DNA of 63,200 nt, the filler included, from Vannella sp. (Eukaryota): assembly GCA_023345925.1 (NCBI GenBank). It is 9 parts of 9 records of this genome, joined end to end, with 100 filler letters (N's around TTAATTAATTAA, not from the genome) between each part and the next. Parts side by side here need not be neighbours in the genome. Positions count along the whole stretch, not along the records: positions 47,957 to 60,848 come from JAJQQN010001006.1; positions 60,949 to 63,200 come from JAJQQN010000286.1; 7 more parts are not named here. One strand, 5' to 3'. The translations under genes were made by a program, and so were the position numbers. Below, one piece after another: positions 59,900 to 63,200 of this stretch (positions within the stretch are counted from its first letter, which is position 1; each line of letters begins with the position of its first letter). Below the pieces are notes generated by a model, which was given only the letters and a program-made list of their open reading frames with translations, ran no database searches and was not told the origin of the DNA.

Positions 59900-60502
59900 A
59901 TGCAAGTGGTCAAGTGCGTGGTCCTGGGAGACGGGGCGGTGGGGAAGACTTGCTTGTTGATGTCGTACACCTCCAAAGCGTTCCCTGGCGAGTACATCCC
60001 GACGGTGTTCGACAACTTTGTAGCGAATGCGGAGGTGGACAACACTCCTGTCGAGCTGGGCTTGTGGGATACGGCGGGAGAGGAGGAATATGATCGATTG
60101 CGCCCTTTGTCCTACTCAGGGGCGTCTGTCTTCCTCTTGTGCTACTCTGTCTCAAGTAGAGCGAGCTGGCAACACATCAAAACAAAGTGGCATCCTGAGA
60201 TGAGCTTGCACTGCCCGGAAACGCCCTTTCTGATTGTCCAAACAATGAGTGATCTTGAAAGTGATGAACTGGTCCTTGAGAGCTTGTCCGAGAGATCCCA
60301 AACCATCGTCACTCAAGAAGAAGGCCAACGCTTGGCTCGCTCTTTGGGGGCGAGCAAGTTCATGGCTTGCTCAGCTCTCACTCAAGAAGGACTCAAAGCA
60401 GTCTTCGACGAAGCCATCCGCGCAGCTTTGTTCCCAACCATTCAAGGCAAATCAAAAAGCAGGTCCGTTCTCTCATCCGTCTTCTCTTTTTGGAAGCGAT
60501 GA
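59900..60502 (+). CDS. Rho-family (Rac-like) small GTPase, atypical
   Basis: [58 protein letters not shown]. Confidence 0.93.
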   Translation: MQVVKCVVLGDGAVGKTCLLMSYTSKAFPGEYIPTVFDNFVANAEVDNTPVELGLWDTAGEEEYDRLRPLSYSGASVFLLCYSVSSRASWQHIKTKWHPEMSLHCPETPFLIVQTMSDLESDELVLESLSERSQTIVTQEEGQRLARSLGASKFMACSALTQEGLKAVFDEAIRAALFPTIQGKSKSRSVLSSVFSFWKR

Positions 60503-60848
60503 CGACAACTGGTTGCCTTTATCTCAACATGGACTCATCCGCTTGTGGCTGAAAGGCTTAAAGGCAGAAACAACCTTCAAATAACACCTCTAAGAATCCG
60601 CAAACTCGTGATAGGTGAAACACTGCGTTTGAGATGCTCTGTGGCCAACAACCGGGATGATTCCGCCTCTTCACTTTACTCAAGGGTTTAGCCTCCATTC
60701 AAGAAGTAAGTAAACCTCTTAACGGAGCGAATTCTCATTGAACCAGTTTTTGCCGAAAATGGAGGCTATAACGCTAGAAATCGAAAGCCACACGAAAACA
60801 AACTCCTTCAAGCTTCATTGCGATGCATCATAGACGAAACGGAGAAAG

Positions 60849-60948
60849 NNNNNNNNNNNNNNNNNNNNNNNNNNNNNNNNNNNNNNNNNNNNTTAATTAA
60901 TTAANNNNNNNNNNNNNNNNNNNNNNNNNNNNNNNNNNNNNNNNNNNN
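60849..60948. other. Artificial contig-joining spacer
   Basis: N44-TTAATTAATTAA-N44. Confidence 0.99.
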
Positions 60949-61687
60949 CACAGGCAGGCGGGAGAGGCATCTTCTATTGCAACGGAAGGTAACGGAAGGT
61001 AACGGTCACTGAGCTTCAGATGCTCCATTTGTCAGTTTGCTGCTTCACCAACGGGTGATAGGGCCCATTTTCTCACTCTGAACTCTTCCCATCATACTAT
61101 CAATGAGTTTGAAGAGTGTGAGTTGGATGAGTACACTAACCTCGAGGGTCAAAATGAACTTCGTCAACGAACTTGACGTTGCGGAGATCAGTGTGAGATC
61201 GCAACCATTCGGAGAAGATCGCGTAGTACTCCAAGTTCTCCTTCGTGAACTTTAAGTGCTGCTGTACAGTTGGGATCTTGAATGACCACCTCCACCTCTT
61301 AAAGAGTACCGATAGATGTCCGCGCGATACCTTGTGGCCGTTCGTTTCTGCGTGCTGCGCGAGTTCGATGAGATTGGCTTGGGGGTTTTGAACGATGTGT
61401 CTCCAAAGACAGTCCTTAAGGGCTTTCGTCTCCTCCTCGGATCTTCCTCGCCTCCTGCCTCCCCACCTTTTCTCGTGAAAGTGTGGATTAGAGGTCTTCA
61501 TCTTCCAGTATCGTAAAAGCTGCCTTGATAAACCGGTTTCAACGGAGGCTTGCGTCACTGATGTACTCTTAAGTTTGATTTAGGATCCCTGAGCGGACAG
61601 CTTACCCCCAACTTCTGAAGCTCGTCTGCCCGCGCTCAGTCGTTGAATTTTCCAGTGGCGTGCCTTACTACCCTTAGGCGGAGTCAT
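60949..61687 (-). mobile_element. IS630/Tc1-mariner-like transposase, intron-containing and apparently decayed
   Basis: HTH-like NPQANLIEL..VSRGHLSVLFKRWRWSFK, first catalytic motif KFVDEVHF, then RKWALSPVG followed by an in-frame stop. Confidence 0.6.
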
Positions 61688-61748
61688 GAAGAATACTAAA
61701 CATTCGATTGGCTCTCATCTCTCCGAAAATTTTTGGGCTCACTCATTT

Positions 61749-62675
61749 ATGGCTCGGGAGTTCTCGCAAGCTGCATTTGAAGTTACGTCAAGGGAAGAGC
61801 TTCTGTCTTCAGACAAGTTCCCCTTCATGAAACCAAAAGCGCTCAAGAGTGTACCTGCAGGCTCCAGATGTAAGAAATGCCACCTTCCTAAATCCAAGAA
61901 TGCGACCCTTCAAACATGTCTCAAGGTAGGAGATCCTTCTTCAGAGCACCACAAGTGCACTTCTTTTGCGGCATGTCGCCATTTACCTGGTGAGAACTCC
62001 ACTAATTACTCCTCAAACCCCTAACTGTTACAAAGGTCATCCTGAGGCTTCTTCCGCCCAAACGGATCTCATAGCTCAGTTTCATCGATCGAAAGAGATG
62101 TACGACGGAATAAGAAAGGATGCAATATCCAAGAACAAGATGGAAGCAGAACAGAAACGGCTTGCTGCAGAAGAAAAGCGCACGAGAATGAGAGAGCACC
62201 GCGCTCAAGAGAAGGGCAAGCTTATTTCGATGATTACAAAGGCAAAAAACGAAGATGGCACGGAAGCCAGTGCGGAGTAAGCTAGAGTCACTGCTCAACA
62301 TTTCACTGCTAACGATCTCAAAGCAGAGTCTTCAACTTGCAACAATCTCTCAAGGAGAGACAAGCCATAAGAGATCGAATCGATCTTCCCCTTGATGAAG
62401 TACCGACCTTCAACTTGGGTCCGCAGTTCGTAGGCCGCAGAACTGCGTTACTTTCATCATTGCAGCTCATGATGAAAGACGTACAAACCGTCAAGAGAGA
62501 GCTTGGAGACGCCTTCGATCCAGACCAGTTCACGTCATTGCTCAGAAAACGGGACCGGTTGACTGCCGAGATGGCTCCAATCTGCCAAGACTTCATCCAA
62601 AATGAGGTAGAAGCGTGTGAAGCCTTCCTATTTCATCACTTTGGAGTCACAAAGGATGTCTTGATCAACGATTGA
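61749..62675 (+). CDS. Hypothetical multi-exon protein with Cys/His cluster and coiled coil
   Basis: Three consecutive + ORFs separated by GT-AG intron-sized gaps; CKKCH...HHKC...CRH. Confidence 0.5.
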
Positions 62676-62903
62676 AAGGCACCTAACGATAAATAACGAT
62701 TCTAGAAGACGATTTTATTCAGGTGGAGACGAGGAGGAGGTGTTGAGGGGGACTCAGAGGGCGTGGGATGGCTAAGAGACGTGGAAGGGGACTCCGAGGA
62801 AGTGGGAAGAGGCCTGGAGGAGGAGGCCTACAGGGCGGGAGAAGACGCTCACCCACCACCTCATTATTGCGTGATCCAATTTTTTTTATTTTCTGGCCTC
62901 CAA

Positions 62904-63015
62904 CCCGGAAAAACTTGGTACGAACCAATATATAAACCAATAATATTATAATATTGGTTCGCACCAAGTTTTACCAATAATATAATATTATTGGTTCGCA
63001 CCAAGTTTTTCCGGG
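62904..63015. repeat. 27-bp inverted repeat with internal ~37-bp tandem duplication
   Basis: CCCGGAAAAACTTGGTACGAACCAATA (62904-62930) vs TATTGGTTCGCACCAAGTTTTTCCGGG (62989-63015), 1 mismatch; near-identical units at 62936-62972 and 62973-63009. Confidence 0.85.
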
Positions 63016-63200
63016 ACCGGCCCAAAAAAAAAAAAAGATTCTTTCTTCCGATTTCTCAGCGTAGAAGGAGTCTGAACGAGCTCTGCACCAGTATGTGTCT
63101 AATAGAAGTGTCTAAAGGATAGATGCCAAACTAGTTCCCCAGCATCGAATGGATGAGGGTAGTCAATCACTTTCTGTAAAATTGATGTTTCGGGTACTGA

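Noticed and set aside
7041..60948. Eight identical TTAATTAATTAA elements flanked by N runs, superficially a dispersed repeat or array
   Set aside because: Exactly 100 nt each with all-frame stops: an artificial concatenation linker, not biology. ORFs containing X runs are artefacts.
60981..61006. AACGGAAGGT tandem repeat (2.5 copies) and similar micro-repeats (33869-33893, 33915-33940)
   Set aside because: Too short, with no spacers; simple slippage repeats, not CRISPR.
1..63200. Alternative genetic code or stop-codon readthrough to explain fragmented ORFs
   Set aside because: Breaks in conserved genes coincide with canonical short introns, and TAA, TAG and TGA all serve as terminal stops.

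Overview
This window is not one contiguous locus. It is nine contig pieces joined by eight identical artificial 100-nt spacers (44 N + TTAATTAATTAA + 44 N), so gene neighbourhood means nothing across a spacer. The DNA is from a very compact, intron-containing microbial eukaryote using the standard code, with mostly ~40-60 nt GT-AG introns and intergenic gaps often <100 bp. The gene complement suggests Amoebozoa (inference). About 38 protein genes are supportable. Recognisable ones include RPS11, IBA57, a PAK kinase, NDUFV1, RhoGAP, LAMTOR2, carnitine acyltransferase, COX6B, DDX20, RasGAP, MSH5, SIN3, an inositol polyphosphate kinase, striatin, a KNL1-like protein, CWF19L2, RNase H1, a Thg1-like protein, an STE20 kinase and a Rac-like GTPase. 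There is also a 3'-truncated U2 snRNA and a decayed IS630/Tc1-like transposase. The most striking feature is an apparently intronless 1341-aa gene (43428-47453). It fuses an N-terminal SAM domain to a bacterial Type I restriction HsdR-type SF2 motor with no visible nuclease domain, then an ARM-like helical region and an NLS, and no HsdM/HsdS is visible on its contig. Other leads are a Crinkler-like restriction-endonuclease-fold protein with an NLS and SAP-like insert, an R3H-EEP nuclease fusion, a perfect 22-bp palindrome upstream of MSH5, and an atypical Rac lacking CAAX. All calls come from reading motifs by eye; exon boundaries are manual and approximate.
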